From assembly GCA_007376535.1 (NCBI GenBank), contig VMGK01000001.1, positions 1 through 55,473 of the forward strand: a stretch of DNA of 55,473 nt, written 5' to 3'. The position numbers and the translations under genes are program-made. A model generated the notes under the pieces. That model was not told the DNA's origin. It saw only the letters and a list, made by a program, of their open reading frames with translations, and did not search any database. This document shows positions 9,593 to 20,085 of the stretch, piece by piece. The stretch is from Candidatus Berkelbacteria bacterium Licking1014_7 (lineage in GTDB: Bacteria; Patescibacteriota; UBA1384; GWA2-35-9; CG2-30-39-44). The first letter of the stretch is position 1, and every line of letters starts with the position of its first letter.

Positions 9593-10963
9593 TTAAAAAT
9601 ACTGAAATACTAATATTATATCAAAAACCACCAAAACAACAACTGCGGCAATACCCACTAAATTTGACCAAACATTATTAACAAATTTGCCTAAAATCTT
9701 CCGGCTGTTGCAAACCGCCAAAAGCGCGACTAACAGAAACGGCATTAGAAAACCGTTGAGCACTTGCGAATAGACCAACGCTTTAACTGGATTTATATTT
9801 GACAAAGCAATCGTCAAACCCACCAGCAGCGACGAGACAATCACCGCGTAAAAACTGCGGGCATGGCTTTGCTTTAATTCCAAATTGCCGTGCCAGTGCA
9901 TCGCGTCTTTGATCACATAGCCGGCGGTGGCAGCCAACACTGGCACCGCCAAAATTCCCGAACCAATTATTCCCAACCCGAAAAACAACATTGCCCAACT
10001 TCCGACGGCTGGCTCCAAAGCAATCGCCGCCTGCCCGGCGGTTTCCACCACCACCCCTTTGCCAAAAAATACCGCGGCTGAGGAAATAATAATAAAATAA
10101 AAAATCAAATGGGCAAATGTCATACCCAACCAAACTCCAGCCGCCTCTTTTTTTAGATCGCGAATTCCGCGATGCTCCTCAATTTCTTCGGTCGTCTGCC
10201 AAAAAATAAGATAAGGGGAAATTGTGGTGCCCAGCAAACCGACTGCCAGCATCCAGTAATTAAAATCATTTGAAAAAGTTGGCGTTATAGTGGCGCGCAA
10301 AATTTCTCCCCATTCAGGATTTGCCAAAATTCCCGACGCCACATAAAGCAAAAAAATCGGCGTGATTAAAAACAAATACCGTGAAATGATTTTATAGTTT
10401 TTTCTAATCAAAAAATACGCGATTAAAAAAGTAATCGCCGCCACAAACAGCGCGCTGGGAGCGCCGGACATAATCTCAAAGACCTCTGAAATCGCGGCTA
10501 AATCAGCGCCGATGGTAAGTATATTCGCCACTGCCACCATCATTGCCACTGCCAACGCCAATTTCAAACCATAATTTTTGCGAATAACAGAATTAAGACC
10601 CTGTTTAGTCACTACGCCAACCCGCGCCGACATTTCCTCCACCACACTGAGCATTGGCAGAGACAAAAGCATCAACCAAAGTTGCGAAAAACCAGTGGCG
10701 GCGCCAACTTGCGTGTAGGTGACAATTCCGGCCGGGTCATTGTCCGCCGCGCCAGTGATCGTGCCTGATTTTGCCAAACGAAAAAAATCGCGAATTGACC
10801 GTCTTTTTTTATACGCAGAAGATAAATGAAACAAACGAAACGATAAAGAATATTTAATGACTTTTTCAATATCTTTGACTAAAAATGGCTGGGCTGTCTT
10901 TTCAATTTTGTTTTTTGACGTTTTGTTTTTTGACGATAGCATATATTTTTTTCCAATTATCAA
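9593..10963 (-). CDS. Nramp-family divalent metal transporter
   Basis: GAADNDPAGIVTYTQVGA, GTTISPYL motifs, multiple TMs; true start uncertain (overlaps rsmA end). Confidence 0.88.
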   Translation of the reverse strand: MIIGKKYMLSSKNKTSKNKIEKTAQPFLVKDIEKVIKYSLSFRLFHLSSAYKKRRSIRDFFRLAKSGTITGAADNDPAGIVTYTQVGAATGFSQLWLMLLSLPMLSVVEEMSARVGVVTKQGLNSVIRKNYGLKLALAVAMMVAVANILTIGADLAAISEVFEIMSGAPSALFVAAITFLIAYFLIRKNYKIISRYLFLITPIFLLYVASGILANPEWGEILRATITPTFSNDFNYWMLAVGLLGTTISPYLIFWQTTEEIEEHRGIRDLKKEAAGVWLGMTFAHLIFYFIIISSAAVFFGKGVVVETAGQAAIALEPAVGSWAMLFFGLGIIGSGILAVPVLAATAGYVIKDAMHWHGNLELKQSHARSFYAVIVSSLLVGLTIALSNINPVKALVYSQVLNGFLMPFLLVALLAVCNSRKILGKFVNNVWSNLVGIAAVVVLVVFDIILVFQYF

Positions 10964-11750
10964 TCGCTAAGTCCTCTGCCCGGCTTAGAGGATTAATTTT
11001 TGCCTGTTCTAACATATTATAAATGATTTTTTTGTTTATTGCTAAACCGCTGGCTAAATTATTGACGATTTGCCTCCGTTTGGCGCTAAAACCAATTTTA
11101 ATAAATTTGAAAAATTTCTCTTGCTCCGCGCCCCATTTTGCTCTGGGAATAATTTTTATTATCGCGCTATCAACTTTGGGAACTGGATTAAAATTCTCCC
11201 GCCCAACTTCAATAACTTTTTGAACGTCGCCTGCCATCTGGACAAGTATGGTCAAAAGTCCCCGTTGAGAACTGCCCGGCTCGCTGATTAAACGATTTGC
11301 CACTTCTTTTTGAATGGTTAAAACAATTGTCTGGGGCGGATTTTTCTGGGTGATTAACCGTCGCAAAATAAACGATGTGATGTTGTAAGGTATATTCCCC
11401 ACCACTTTGTAATCTTTAATGTCTTCAAAATCAAAAAATCGCGCGTCCGCGGAAATAATTTTTACATTTTTAAATCTGCCAACCCGTTTTCTGAGTCGTT
11501 CTAAAAGTTCCCAATCCTTTTCTATGGCTAAAATTTTTGCCCTTGTTTGCGCCAAAAAAAAGGTCAAATTTCCTGTGCCCGCGCCAATTTCCACCACTGT
11601 GTCCATAGGTTTAATCTGCGCGCTCGCCACAAGTTTTTGCAAAATTTTTTCGCTGGCTAAAAAATTTTGCCCCCATTTTTTCTTTGGTCTAAACTTTTTC
11701 TTTGGTCCAAACCTTTTCTTAGGTCCAAACCTGTCATTTGACATATCCAT
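10902..11750 (-). CDS. rsmA: 16S rRNA m6,2A dimethyltransferase
   Basis: KKWGQNFL, VVEIGAGTG, VVGNIPYNIT, QKEVA, F.PVPKVDSA, RAEDL. Confidence 0.95.
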   Translation of the reverse strand: MDMSNDRFGPKKRFGPKKKFRPKKKWGQNFLASEKILQKLVASAQIKPMDTVVEIGAGTGNLTFFLAQTRAKILAIEKDWELLERLRKRVGRFKNVKIISADARFFDFEDIKDYKVVGNIPYNITSFILRRLITQKNPPQTIVLTIQKEVANRLISEPGSSQRGLLTILVQMAGDVQKVIEVGRENFNPVPKVDSAIIKIIPRAKWGAEQEKFFKFIKIGFSAKRRQIVNNLASGLAINKKIIYNMLEQAKINPLSRAEDLAIDNWKKIYAIVKKQNVKKQN

Positions 11751-11805
11751 ACCTGCAAACAGGTCTGACCTGTTTGCAGGTTCGAGTATGTCGAGTATAT
11801 CAAAT
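11736..11805. repeat. REP-like palindrome downstream of the Y1 transposase (degenerate copy)
   Basis: atttgacatatccatacctgcaaacaggtc-t-gacctgtttgcaggt...; matches 12515-12575. Confidence 0.85.
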
Positions 11806-11857
11806 CACAATTTACCAATTAAAACTAACATAAATTTTAACATTTTTGACACAATTT

Positions 11858-12484
11858 TTAATCAATTTTGACCGATTTTAGTATCTCTGAACGATGATAT
11901 TTTTGTCTCAAAAAACTCTCATACAAAGTTGGTAAAGATGTCTGTCGTTTTTTATAATCAAAATAGTCCAGTATAATTTTTGTATCCAACCACTTCTGTT
12001 TTCGCTCTCCGGTATAATTCATTAAACTAGAATATGGATAATATAACGGATTTATTCCTATGTGGCGAGGATTTGTGTGAATATATCTTGATGTGTGTAA
12101 CAACTGCTCATCACTTTCTATCAAAGCGGCTTTGTATACTCCTTGACATAGCGACCCGACGCGCGCATATTTCTGATTAAAATAGTTGACATATGTATCG
12201 GATAAAATTTTCATAAATTGAGATATACTTCTGGCTTGATTCTGCCAAATTAACAAATGAAAATGATTAGGCATCAAACAATAAACTAAAAGTTTAATTT
12301 CTTCAAAAAAGCAACTCTTCATTTCATCTTCTTCTGTTTGGGGCGTAAGCAATCGTTTAAGAATTGACAAGAAAAAAACATAATCTTGCTGACACAAAAA
12401 AATGTGCCGTTTTTCAACTCCGCGATTATAAATATGATAATACGAATTATCTAAATAATTTTTAATGACATTTCTACTAGGCAT
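11858..12484 (-). CDS. REP-associated tyrosine transposase (RAYT, IS200-like Y1 HUH)
   Basis: YYHIYNRG, YCLMPNHFHLL (HUH), YFNQKY.R.G.L.QG.YK, RYIH.NP, Y.YSS. Confidence 0.93.
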   Translation of the reverse strand: MPSRNVIKNYLDNSYYHIYNRGVEKRHIFLCQQDYVFFLSILKRLLTPQTEEDEMKSCFFEEIKLLVYCLMPNHFHLLIWQNQARSISQFMKILSDTYVNYFNQKYARVGSLCQGVYKAALIESDEQLLHTSRYIHTNPRHIGINPLYYPYSSLMNYTGERKQKWLDTKIILDYFDYKKRQTSLPTLYESFLRQKYHRSEILKSVKID

Positions 12485-12514
12485 TACAGATTAAATTTAA
12501 CATAACTTGACATA

Positions 12515-12575
12515 ATTTGACATATCCATACCTGCAAATAGGTCTGACCTATTTGCAGGTATGGATATGTCAAAT
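12515..12575. repeat. Perfect 61-bp REP-like palindrome upstream of the RAYT
   Basis: 30-bp arms around a single central T at 12545. Confidence 0.93.
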
Positions 12576-12615
12576 CTTCTGATAATTTTATAACAATCTT
12601 CTAAGAATCCAACAT

Positions 12616-13758
12616 CTAAAAATCCAACAAATCCAATAATTTTTTTTCTAAATTAGCAATATTTTGGTGCGCATTATAATGCTTTACAACCCATTTAACC
12701 GCTTTTTTTGACTGGTCTTTGTAATATTTTTTATCTTGTAAAAACTTTTGCAAAGCGCGGGCAATTTCGGAAGAATTTTTCTCTTTTACTAACGCGCACC
12801 CCTTACCATCGCTGATAAATTCTGGAATTGCGCCGGAGCGCGTGGAAATCACCGGCGTGGCGCAAGCCATTGATTGCAGATTAACCATTCCCACCTGCTC
12901 TTCCCAAACTTTGGTGGTAATTGACGGCGCCAGAGTAATAAACGTTTTTTGAAAATATTTTGCCAAATCGCTATTTTTTATTATTCCCAAAAATCGTGCG
13001 TTTTTCATCCTCTCAATTCGGGCTAAAATTTTTTTATCCTCGGGTTGTCCTGCCAACAATAGTTTTACTTGCGGATATTTTTTATTCACAATCTGAAAAG
13101 CGTCTAAAATCCACGGCACACCTTTGGCGCGACTGATTTTGCCCACGAAAAAAATTAGCGGATTTTGATATTTTTGCGCAATTGTCATCTGAGCGGGCTT
13201 AAATTCATTGGTGTCAATGCCCCAAGTTCCCCACATGGCTTTTTGCAATTTTTTTTCCGGCAGGGCAGCCCACAAAAGATTGCGCCGGGCGCCTTCATTC
13301 AGATAGAAAATTTTGTCCGCCCATTTTGAAAAAAATCCCACCCATTTTTTGAGCAACCATGTTTTAACCGGAGAAAATTTTTTCTCAATCGGACGATTTT
13401 CCAGCACTGGATAGACCAACTTTACTTTATGAAATAGACAATACCAAAAACTCACCAAAGTAATTTTTAATGCAATAGAATTTGTTGCCCACGCTTCCGA
13501 GGTTTGAATAATATCTGGCGCTGCGCTCGCTAACTTTTTATACAAATCAATCATGGTAGAAAATCGCTGCGCGGACGGATAACTAAAATCGCCTGGCTTC
13601 ATATCGTTGTAATTTGATTCAAAATAAAAATGAACGATGGTTATCTTTTGAAAATATTTCAGCGGCTGGTGTAAATCGCGACGAATACCAAAAGACAAAA
13701 TTGCCATTTTGGGCTTTTTTTGCCTCAAATCACCATTTGATTTTGAAAGTTTTTTCAT
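12616..13758 (-). CDS. Glycosyltransferase family 4
   Basis: FVGKISRAKG, PS....EEQVGMVNLQSMACATPVIST.SGAIPE. Confidence 0.88.
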   Translation of the reverse strand: MKKLSKSNGDLRQKKPKMAILSFGIRRDLHQPLKYFQKITIVHFYFESNYNDMKPGDFSYPSAQRFSTMIDLYKKLASAAPDIIQTSEAWATNSIALKITLVSFWYCLFHKVKLVYPVLENRPIEKKFSPVKTWLLKKWVGFFSKWADKIFYLNEGARRNLLWAALPEKKLQKAMWGTWGIDTNEFKPAQMTIAQKYQNPLIFFVGKISRAKGVPWILDAFQIVNKKYPQVKLLLAGQPEDKKILARIERMKNARFLGIIKNSDLAKYFQKTFITLAPSITTKVWEEQVGMVNLQSMACATPVISTRSGAIPEFISDGKGCALVKEKNSSEIARALQKFLQDKKYYKDQSKKAVKWVVKHYNAHQNIANLEKKLLDLLDF

Positions 13759-14842
13759 CTTTTTGATTTTTTTGATTGTTAGACCTATATACTTTTTCGT
13801 ATATTTCTAACGTCTCGCTGGCATTTCTTCTCCATGAAAATTTTTGCGCCTGCTGAAAACCTTTTATCATCATTGTTTGACGCAAATTGTGCCTTTGAAT
13901 TAAATTGCTAATCGCTTTCACCCACTCAATTTTGTCGTCTGGCGGCAATAAAATCCCGGCGTCTCCCACCACTTCAGGAATTGACGAAGCGTTTGACGCG
14001 ATCACCGGAATTCCGCATTTCATCGCCTCTAAGGGCGGCAAGCCAAACCCTTCGTAAATTGACGGAAACAAAAAACCAAAAGATGCTTGATACAATTGAA
14101 TTTTTTCCGCCTCGGTCAAATAGTCAGTGAAAATAATTGATTTTTGGAGCCCGAGTTTTTTTACCTGCTCAAAAAGTTCCTCAAAGTACCACCCTCTTTT
14201 TCCAGTGAAGACCAATTGATAGTTGGGGTATTTTCTGGCGATCGCAAAAAAAACATCAATTAAAAACGCTAAATTTTTACGCGGGTTTAAGGTGCCAACA
14301 TGCAAAAAATACGGCTGGGTGATGCCTAATCTTGCCGGCGGCATTTTTACGGATTTTGCTGGTTTATAATCCTCGCTTGCCGCCAAATAAACCACAGAGA
14401 TTTTTTCCTCAGGCACACCAATAATTTTTACCAAGTCCTTTTTCGTGTGCTCTGAAATGCACATAATATGATCTGCCTTGTGATAAGTAAACGGCATCCA
14501 ATGACCAAAAAATTGCCGTGAAAAAAAAGGAATATGCTCGGCAAATAAAACCGCAATCAAATCGTGAACTGTGGCAATCACTTTTCCGGGAAAAAGCAGT
14601 GGCAAAGAAAAACTGGGTTGATGAAAAATATCCACTTTTGCTTGGCGCGCCCGATAGGAAATGGAAAATTGATCCCAATAAAACCGGCCGGGCATGGAAA
14701 GGTCGCTTTCCTTTTTGGGCGCAAAATATACATATTCGTTTTTCCGGTCAATTTTTTTTAACTCTGCCACCAAATTTTCCACATAAAAACCAAAGCCGGT
14801 TTTTTGCCCCAATGTTGTTTGAATGTCAATACCGATTTTCAT
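13730..14842 (-). CDS. Glycosyltransferase family 4 (mannosyltransferase-like)
   Basis: TVHDL, VGTLNPRKN, FPSIYEGFGLPPLEAM..G.PVI.S..SSIPEV.GDA. Confidence 0.93.
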   Translation of the reverse strand: MKIGIDIQTTLGQKTGFGFYVENLVAELKKIDRKNEYVYFAPKKESDLSMPGRFYWDQFSISYRARQAKVDIFHQPSFSLPLLFPGKVIATVHDLIAVLFAEHIPFFSRQFFGHWMPFTYHKADHIMCISEHTKKDLVKIIGVPEEKISVVYLAASEDYKPAKSVKMPPARLGITQPYFLHVGTLNPRKNLAFLIDVFFAIARKYPNYQLVFTGKRGWYFEELFEQVKKLGLQKSIIFTDYLTEAEKIQLYQASFGFLFPSIYEGFGLPPLEAMKCGIPVIASNASSIPEVVGDAGILLPPDDKIEWVKAISNLIQRHNLRQTMMIKGFQQAQKFSWRRNASETLEIYEKVYRSNNQKNQKDEKTFKIKW

Positions 14843-14851
14843 TTATTGTTG

Positions 14852-16300
14852 TTAGTTTTTAAATTGAACCAACATCTCTTTACCAATTCCCCGAATCAAC
14901 CACATCACTGACAAATATACCAGCGCGCCGATGGCAACCGCAATAAAAACATTTGAATCAATTAAATGATTAATTGCCAGCGCCATAACCAAAGACGAAA
15001 ATAACGCTTTTAAGAATCTGGTAATATGGGGCAAAGTATTGAAAGTTCGTTTAGCCAACCAAACAATCGTAATCAAAACCAATGTCTCGGTAACAATCGT
15101 GGTAAAAGCCGCGGCAACATAACTGTATTTTGGAATAAAAATAACATTGAGCACAATATTTACCAGCACAAAAAGCACGCTGGGCAAAATCAATTTTTTC
15201 TGGTAGCCGCCCGCCACCAAAAGTTGGGAAAAAGATTGCGCCAGAGCGCTCGCAAGAGCGGCGAAAATTAAAATTTTAAGTGTAACCGCAGAATTAGCCA
15301 ATATTCCGCCAAAATAAACAAAGCCAGTGTGCAGATATTCGTCGCCGGCAATCAATCGGACGATCGGAGTTGCCAATATAAAAATTCCCACCACCATCGG
15401 CACGGTGGCGATCGCCAAAAAATCAAACGATTTTTGCACCGCTGTTTTTAGACGGTCATCATGCTTGGCAATATAGCGAGAATAAACCGGCAAGACCGAC
15501 GAAATAAAAATTGCCGGCATCATTAACATCACTTCCAAAATTTTATAACTTGGTCCGTAAATTCCGACATGCTCTGGACCCTTCATCCAAGAAAGCATTA
15601 ACGCGTCCACCCGAAAATACACAAAATGGAGAATTATCGCTATCCCCATTGGCAGCGCTTTGACCATCAAATTTTTCCACATTTTAAGATCAAAAGCAAA
15701 ACTAATTTTAACATATTTTTGAGCCAGCCAATACGCCATTAGAAAATTCGCAAGAGAGCCGATAAGATACGCCAACATCACGAAAATCAAACCTTTTCCC
15801 AAATAGAAAAACCACAACACCACGGCCAATGTTATCGCGCGACTCACGATATCGCTTATAACCGCTTTGTCCATCCGGTAATTTACCTGAAAAACCGCGG
15901 TAATCGTATTTTGCAATGTCTGCCAAAAAAATCCCAACGCGCCAATCATAATCGCATATTTTGTAAGTTGATCATAAGACGGAATTGCCAGAGCGATTAA
16001 AATACCAAGTCCGTAAAATAAAAACGCGCCGCAAGCGCGTATCCCCAAAACATTTGAAGTTATTTTTTGAGAATTTTTGGGATCAATTGACAACTCGCGC
16101 ACTAAAATATAGAAAAAACCTAAATCCGCAAAAATTCCAAAAAAACCAATATAAGCCAGTACAGTCGTATAACGACCAAAATTTCCCACGCCCAGCTGGC
16201 GGGTAAGCACTCCGACAGTAACCAACGAAATTCCCACCAAAATTACTCTGCCCACCATTTGCGCGGCAGTATTGTAAGCCACTTTTTTAGTATAGGTCAT
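14852..16300 (-). CDS. Polysaccharide flippase (Wzx/MOP family)
   Basis: Many TM helices, LTRQLG...FG.Y, D.LMLS......VGIY; adjacent to GTs. Confidence 0.88.
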   Translation of the reverse strand: MTYTKKVAYNTAAQMVGRVILVGISLVTVGVLTRQLGVGNFGRYTTVLAYIGFFGIFADLGFFYILVRELSIDPKNSQKITSNVLGIRACGAFLFYGLGILIALAIPSYDQLTKYAIMIGALGFFWQTLQNTITAVFQVNYRMDKAVISDIVSRAITLAVVLWFFYLGKGLIFVMLAYLIGSLANFLMAYWLAQKYVKISFAFDLKMWKNLMVKALPMGIAIILHFVYFRVDALMLSWMKGPEHVGIYGPSYKILEVMLMMPAIFISSVLPVYSRYIAKHDDRLKTAVQKSFDFLAIATVPMVVGIFILATPIVRLIAGDEYLHTGFVYFGGILANSAVTLKILIFAALASALAQSFSQLLVAGGYQKKLILPSVLFVLVNIVLNVIFIPKYSYVAAAFTTIVTETLVLITIVWLAKRTFNTLPHITRFLKALFSSLVMALAINHLIDSNVFIAVAIGALVYLSVMWLIRGIGKEMLVQFKN

Positions 16301-16417
16301 AGATGAAGTTTAGCAGAAAACCCTTGACAGGGCAAATCTAAATAGACCGGCTGTGGAATAACTTTTCGTAGCGAAAGTTAAATAAGAATTAAGAAATTTT
16401 ACGGGGCAAGTAAATAA

Positions 16418-16535
16418 ATGTCAAAATCCAAATTGTTCCAAATGCCAAATGAATACCAAAATCCAAAATCTTAATGTCAAAAAATTTGGACTTTGACTTT
16501 GATTTGGTCTTTGGATTTTGGACTTTGACATTGTA
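16418..16535. repeat. Gene-less four-helix-bundle-type arm pair (A/C-rich left arm, T/G-rich right arm)
   Basis: 16422-16483 matches 45104-45165 at 58/62 nt. Confidence 0.7.
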
Positions 16536-16627
16536 TAATTTAGGATTTGACAGGATATTGTAAGAGATTGAATGCAAGTGGGAGATTTGTGTCTTGAATT
16601 TTGAGATAATTTTGCATTTTTAGATGT

Positions 16628-16700
16628 CCCGTCGTCGTTCAATCTCTTGCAGAAACCTAATTATATGTTACTGCAAATAGATTTCACTTTGACGGGCAGG
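16628..16700 (-). repeat. Dispersed hairpin repeat; homologue at 33784-33929 with a nested insert
   Basis: Shared tttgcagtaacatataattaggtttctg(c/t)aagagattgaa core in opposite orientation. Confidence 0.8.
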
Positions 16701-16861
16701 CATTTTGAGATTTGAGATTTGAGATGTATTTAGAGTAATAGGTAGAAAAGGTTGTTGCGCAGTGGGTCTACTATCTTAATTTTTTCTACACAAAAACCTT
16801 TGATCTTAACTCTTAACATTAAGATTGAGATCATAAGAAATTGAAAACCGAACGCTTTCCT

Positions 16862-17059
16862 CTATTTCTCTGGTTTTGCCAAACCGCCAGAAATCATCAA
16901 CACACCTGATAAACCAACCAAAGTATAGACGATGCGAAGCAGAACCGGTATTCCACCTAAAATTGCTCCCACCAAATCCCACTGAAAAATTCCAATCAGC
17001 CCCCAGTTGAGCGCGCCGATAATCACCAACACCAAAGCTACCTTTTTTAAAACTTCCAT
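16862..17059 (-). CDS. DUF378-family small membrane protein
   Basis: LVIIGALNWGLIG.F..DLV..I.G.....RIVY.LVGLSG; SD aggaggtg upstream. Confidence 0.9.
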   Translation of the reverse strand: MEVLKKVALVLVIIGALNWGLIGIFQWDLVGAILGGIPVLLRIVYTLVGLSGVLMISGGLAKPEK

Positions 17060-17094
17060 TTACACTCACCTCCTGACTATGTATATTTAATAAT

Positions 17095-17512
17095 AATTTT
17101 CAATTTTCCCGCCTTCATTGCTTGATATTCCACTCGAATTACCTGCCCCTCGTAGTTAATAACGAAGTGGGGTTCATTCGTGTTCCATTCAGGCAATTAC
17201 GGCGGGCAGGCAATCAATTTTCAATGACACAATTTTCAGACATTCCATATCAATTTTTAATTTTCAATTTCTAATTTTCAATCAATTTTCAATGACACAA
17301 TTTTCAGACATTCCTGTTTGTTACATTGAAACATTGTAAATTCAATGAAACGAGCCTACTCGTCCACGCGCTCCTCGCTCGTTGAAATAATTTTGAATTT
17401 TAGATTAGATTTTGAATTTTGAATTGTGATTTTGCCTGCCCGCTAATCGCCTGAGCGATAGCGATGGCGGGCGGGAGATTTGAGATTTTAATTTTGAGAT
17501 TTGAATTTCGGG
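17095..17512. repeat. Composite repeat-rich intergenic region (heptamer-like arms, 35-bp direct repeat, CCTGCCC hairpins)
   Basis: aatcaattttcaatgacacaattttcagacattcc twice (about 17212 and 17280); matches the upstream arm of the 8554-8913 gene. Confidence 0.7.
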
Positions 17513-17513
17513 A

Positions 17514-18251
17514 CTAATCTAACAAATATATTATACCAACTCCCAGCAAAATTAGCAAAAAATGCCGGTAAAAATGGCTGGGCTGGGCTTTTTTGTGCAA
17601 TTCGGGAATTAAATCAGTCAAAGCAATATAGATAAAACTGGCGCTGGCAAACGCCATTACGAACGGCAAAGTATTTTCCAGCGGACGCAAGATAAAATAT
17701 GTTAAAATGCCAGCCGGAAGCGAAACAATACCTGACAAAATATTAAGAAAAATTGCCCGCTTTTTTTCATAGCCGGAATGAAGCAAAATCCCCAAATCCC
17801 CGATTTCTTGGGCAATTTCGTGAATTATCACGGAAAAACCCACCGAAATTCCCAGCGGCGCGGACACCAAAAAACTGCCAGCCACAATTACGCCGTCAAC
17901 AAAATTGTGAAAACCGTCGCCAATCAAAATCATTGTTCCGGAAGTATTGTGATTGTTTTGCGCGCAATCTTTATTATGACAATGGTGCCAAATAATTATT
18001 TTTTCCAGCAAAATAAAAAATAAAATGCCTGAAAGTACAATCGGCAAAATAATTTCCGACTGGACCCGTTCTAACGAATGCGGCAAAAGATCTAAAAAAA
18101 CATTGGCTAAAAGCGCGCCCGCGGCAAATGAAATCAAATAATGCGCCAATTTATCAAGTCGTTTTTGCCCAAAACTAATCAGTAGCGCGCTCAAAATTAT
18201 CGCGCCCACACTTCCCAAGACCGTAAAAATTATGATGTAAAACAGAATCAT
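17514..18251 (-). CDS. ZIP-family zinc/metal transporter
   Basis: SFAAGALL...FLDLLPH, WHHCH, GDGFHNFVDG, HEIAQEIGD, DLIPELH. Confidence 0.93.
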   Translation of the reverse strand: MILFYIIIFTVLGSVGAIILSALLISFGQKRLDKLAHYLISFAAGALLANVFLDLLPHSLERVQSEIILPIVLSGILFFILLEKIIIWHHCHNKDCAQNNHNTSGTMILIGDGFHNFVDGVIVAGSFLVSAPLGISVGFSVIIHEIAQEIGDLGILLHSGYEKKRAIFLNILSGIVSLPAGILTYFILRPLENTLPFVMAFASASFIYIALTDLIPELHKKAQPSHFYRHFLLILLGVGIIYLLD

Positions 18252-18267
18252 AAAAAAGTTTACGGAT

Positions 18268-18579
18268 TTATTCTTTCTTTCCCCTCACCAACCAAGTCAA
18301 ACCCGCGCCCAATAATAACAAACTGGCCGCGCCAGTATAGTCCTCCAGCATCTGTATTTTTCGGCTGTCCTTGGTTTCCTCTTCGGTGCAGGTTGTTTTT
18401 TTATCGTCAACACTCACCGATTTGCACACGGAATATTCTGGCAAAGGATATTGATCAAACACCACTGTCTTAAAAATTGCCTTAAAAAGCATCACCGCGC
18501 CAGTCACAAAAAACACCACCACCAAAATTTTTGGCAGCCAAATGATCCATTCTCCCCATTTATTTTTTGCTATTTCCAT
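18268..18579 (-). CDS. Hypothetical two-TM membrane protein
   Basis: Two hydrophobic helices around a Cys-pair loop; SD aaaggag. Confidence 0.7.
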   Translation of the reverse strand: MEIAKNKWGEWIIWLPKILVVVFFVTGAVMLFKAIFKTVVFDQYPLPEYSVCKSVSVDDKKTTCTEEETKDSRKIQMLEDYTGAASLLLLGAGLTWLVRGKKE

Positions 18580-18616
18580 TTTTCTCCTTTCTTTTTAATT
18601 TTTTACATTAAAACCA

Positions 18617-20053
18617 TCATCTCACAAATTCACTCTGATTTCCAGTGAAGGTCCAGGGACCGGAGCCACAACTGGCGCTGGATTGTTTCTCAATTTTGAG
18701 CGCTGTGGAGAAAGTAAGCTGTAAAATAATCGTAAAATTTCCTTCTACCCATCCCTGACCGTCTAACTGGTAGCAGTAGATATTGCCGTCTGAACGGACA
18801 TCGTCAAAATCCCGATTTACCAAACCTGAACCGGAAGGATAAAATTCAAATGGCTTGGCAGGCAGACCGCTCGCGCTCATAGAGGTGCCGACTGAAAAAA
18901 CCGCCTTGTTCGGATAGATATTATTATGCACCAATGCCAAATGCGGATCTTCGCCAGAAACTTTGGTTGTGCCTTTAACCAGCCAAATTCCCTGGGCTGT
19001 CTCGGCTGCATCTTGATCAATACTGCCGCAAACTGGTTCAGTCGTCCTTTTTGGATCACCATCATAATCGCCAAACCGTCCCATTAAAGTCGTTTTTAAA
19101 TTTCCTGAATAATAATCTATTGGACAGACGGTATGCACGCTGTTTTGACGAGCTGATGGGTTAATAAAATTTAGAGTTGTGCGTGTGTCATAGGCGCCCA
19201 TATCTAATGCATTTTGACCGGGATTGCCGCCAGCAGTGCCGATTTGGTCGCCGGCGCTGACTGAAACACTTACATTTTTCCCATAATTGCGGTAGGTGCT
19301 ACCGCCGGTTGTATAGGTGCTATCCCAGCCGTACGGCGCCACTAAAACATTTTGTAAGGTCTGAGACAAACTTGAAATATGTAAAAAATAAACTTCCAGT
19401 TCAGAACAGGGCTTAAAAGAGATGCTATAATCGGTATACCCTTGGCCAACATGCTCGCTGGCAGAAATCTTAGTCACGGTCGCATTACCCGGCGCGTAAA
19501 CAGCAGATTTTTGATTGGGATTAGTCAGATAAAAATAAATATGGTCAGTGGGAAAAGTATGACCGGAAGGATTGAGATTACCCAAAGGCACCAGACCAGT
19601 AAAGTTAGACGAGTCGAGGGGCGAGTGGGAGAAAAACGAATAGTTTGCACCGCAAGATGACAAAACGTTATCAGACGACTGATCAGCACTCTCGCCTGAA
19701 TCTTGGCCTGAATCTTGGCTAGAGGAATTAGAACTCGCACCAGATGAATCGCCCGACGATTGGCTGGCGCCGGAACTGCCGGAATTTTTCACAGTCGCTT
19801 TTTGTCCGGCTTTTTGTCCATCAGATCCGCCATTAGTACTTTCCGCTGGAAAATTGGTGTTAAAACCTTCGGGAAAAATAGGTGTTTCTGCCTCTGGCGC
19901 GGTTGGCTGGACCAAATTAACTTGGCGATTATCGCTAATTTGTTTAACCGCCACAAGACCTGTTGTTCCAACAGCGCTAACACCAAAAACAATTAGACCA
20001 ATTTTTACCCATTGATAAGCAAATAATTTTGTAAGAAAAATTTTAGAAATCAT
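18617..20053 (-). CDS. Membrane-anchored exported protein with Ser-rich linker and possible M23-like domain
   Basis: N-terminal TM, SSG/SSQ linker, GHTFPTDHIYF...VYAPG segment, several Cys. Confidence 0.65.
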   Translation of the reverse strand: MISKIFLTKLFAYQWVKIGLIVFGVSAVGTTGLVAVKQISDNRQVNLVQPTAPEAETPIFPEGFNTNFPAESTNGGSDGQKAGQKATVKNSGSSGASQSSGDSSGASSNSSSQDSGQDSGESADQSSDNVLSSCGANYSFFSHSPLDSSNFTGLVPLGNLNPSGHTFPTDHIYFYLTNPNQKSAVYAPGNATVTKISASEHVGQGYTDYSISFKPCSELEVYFLHISSLSQTLQNVLVAPYGWDSTYTTGGSTYRNYGKNVSVSVSAGDQIGTAGGNPGQNALDMGAYDTRTTLNFINPSARQNSVHTVCPIDYYSGNLKTTLMGRFGDYDGDPKRTTEPVCGSIDQDAAETAQGIWLVKGTTKVSGEDPHLALVHNNIYPNKAVFSVGTSMSASGLPAKPFEFYPSGSGLVNRDFDDVRSDGNIYCYQLDGQGWVEGNFTIILQLTFSTALKIEKQSSASCGSGPWTFTGNQSEFVR

Positions 20054-20085
20054 TTTGTATTAGATTGTATTAGACATCACCCGAC

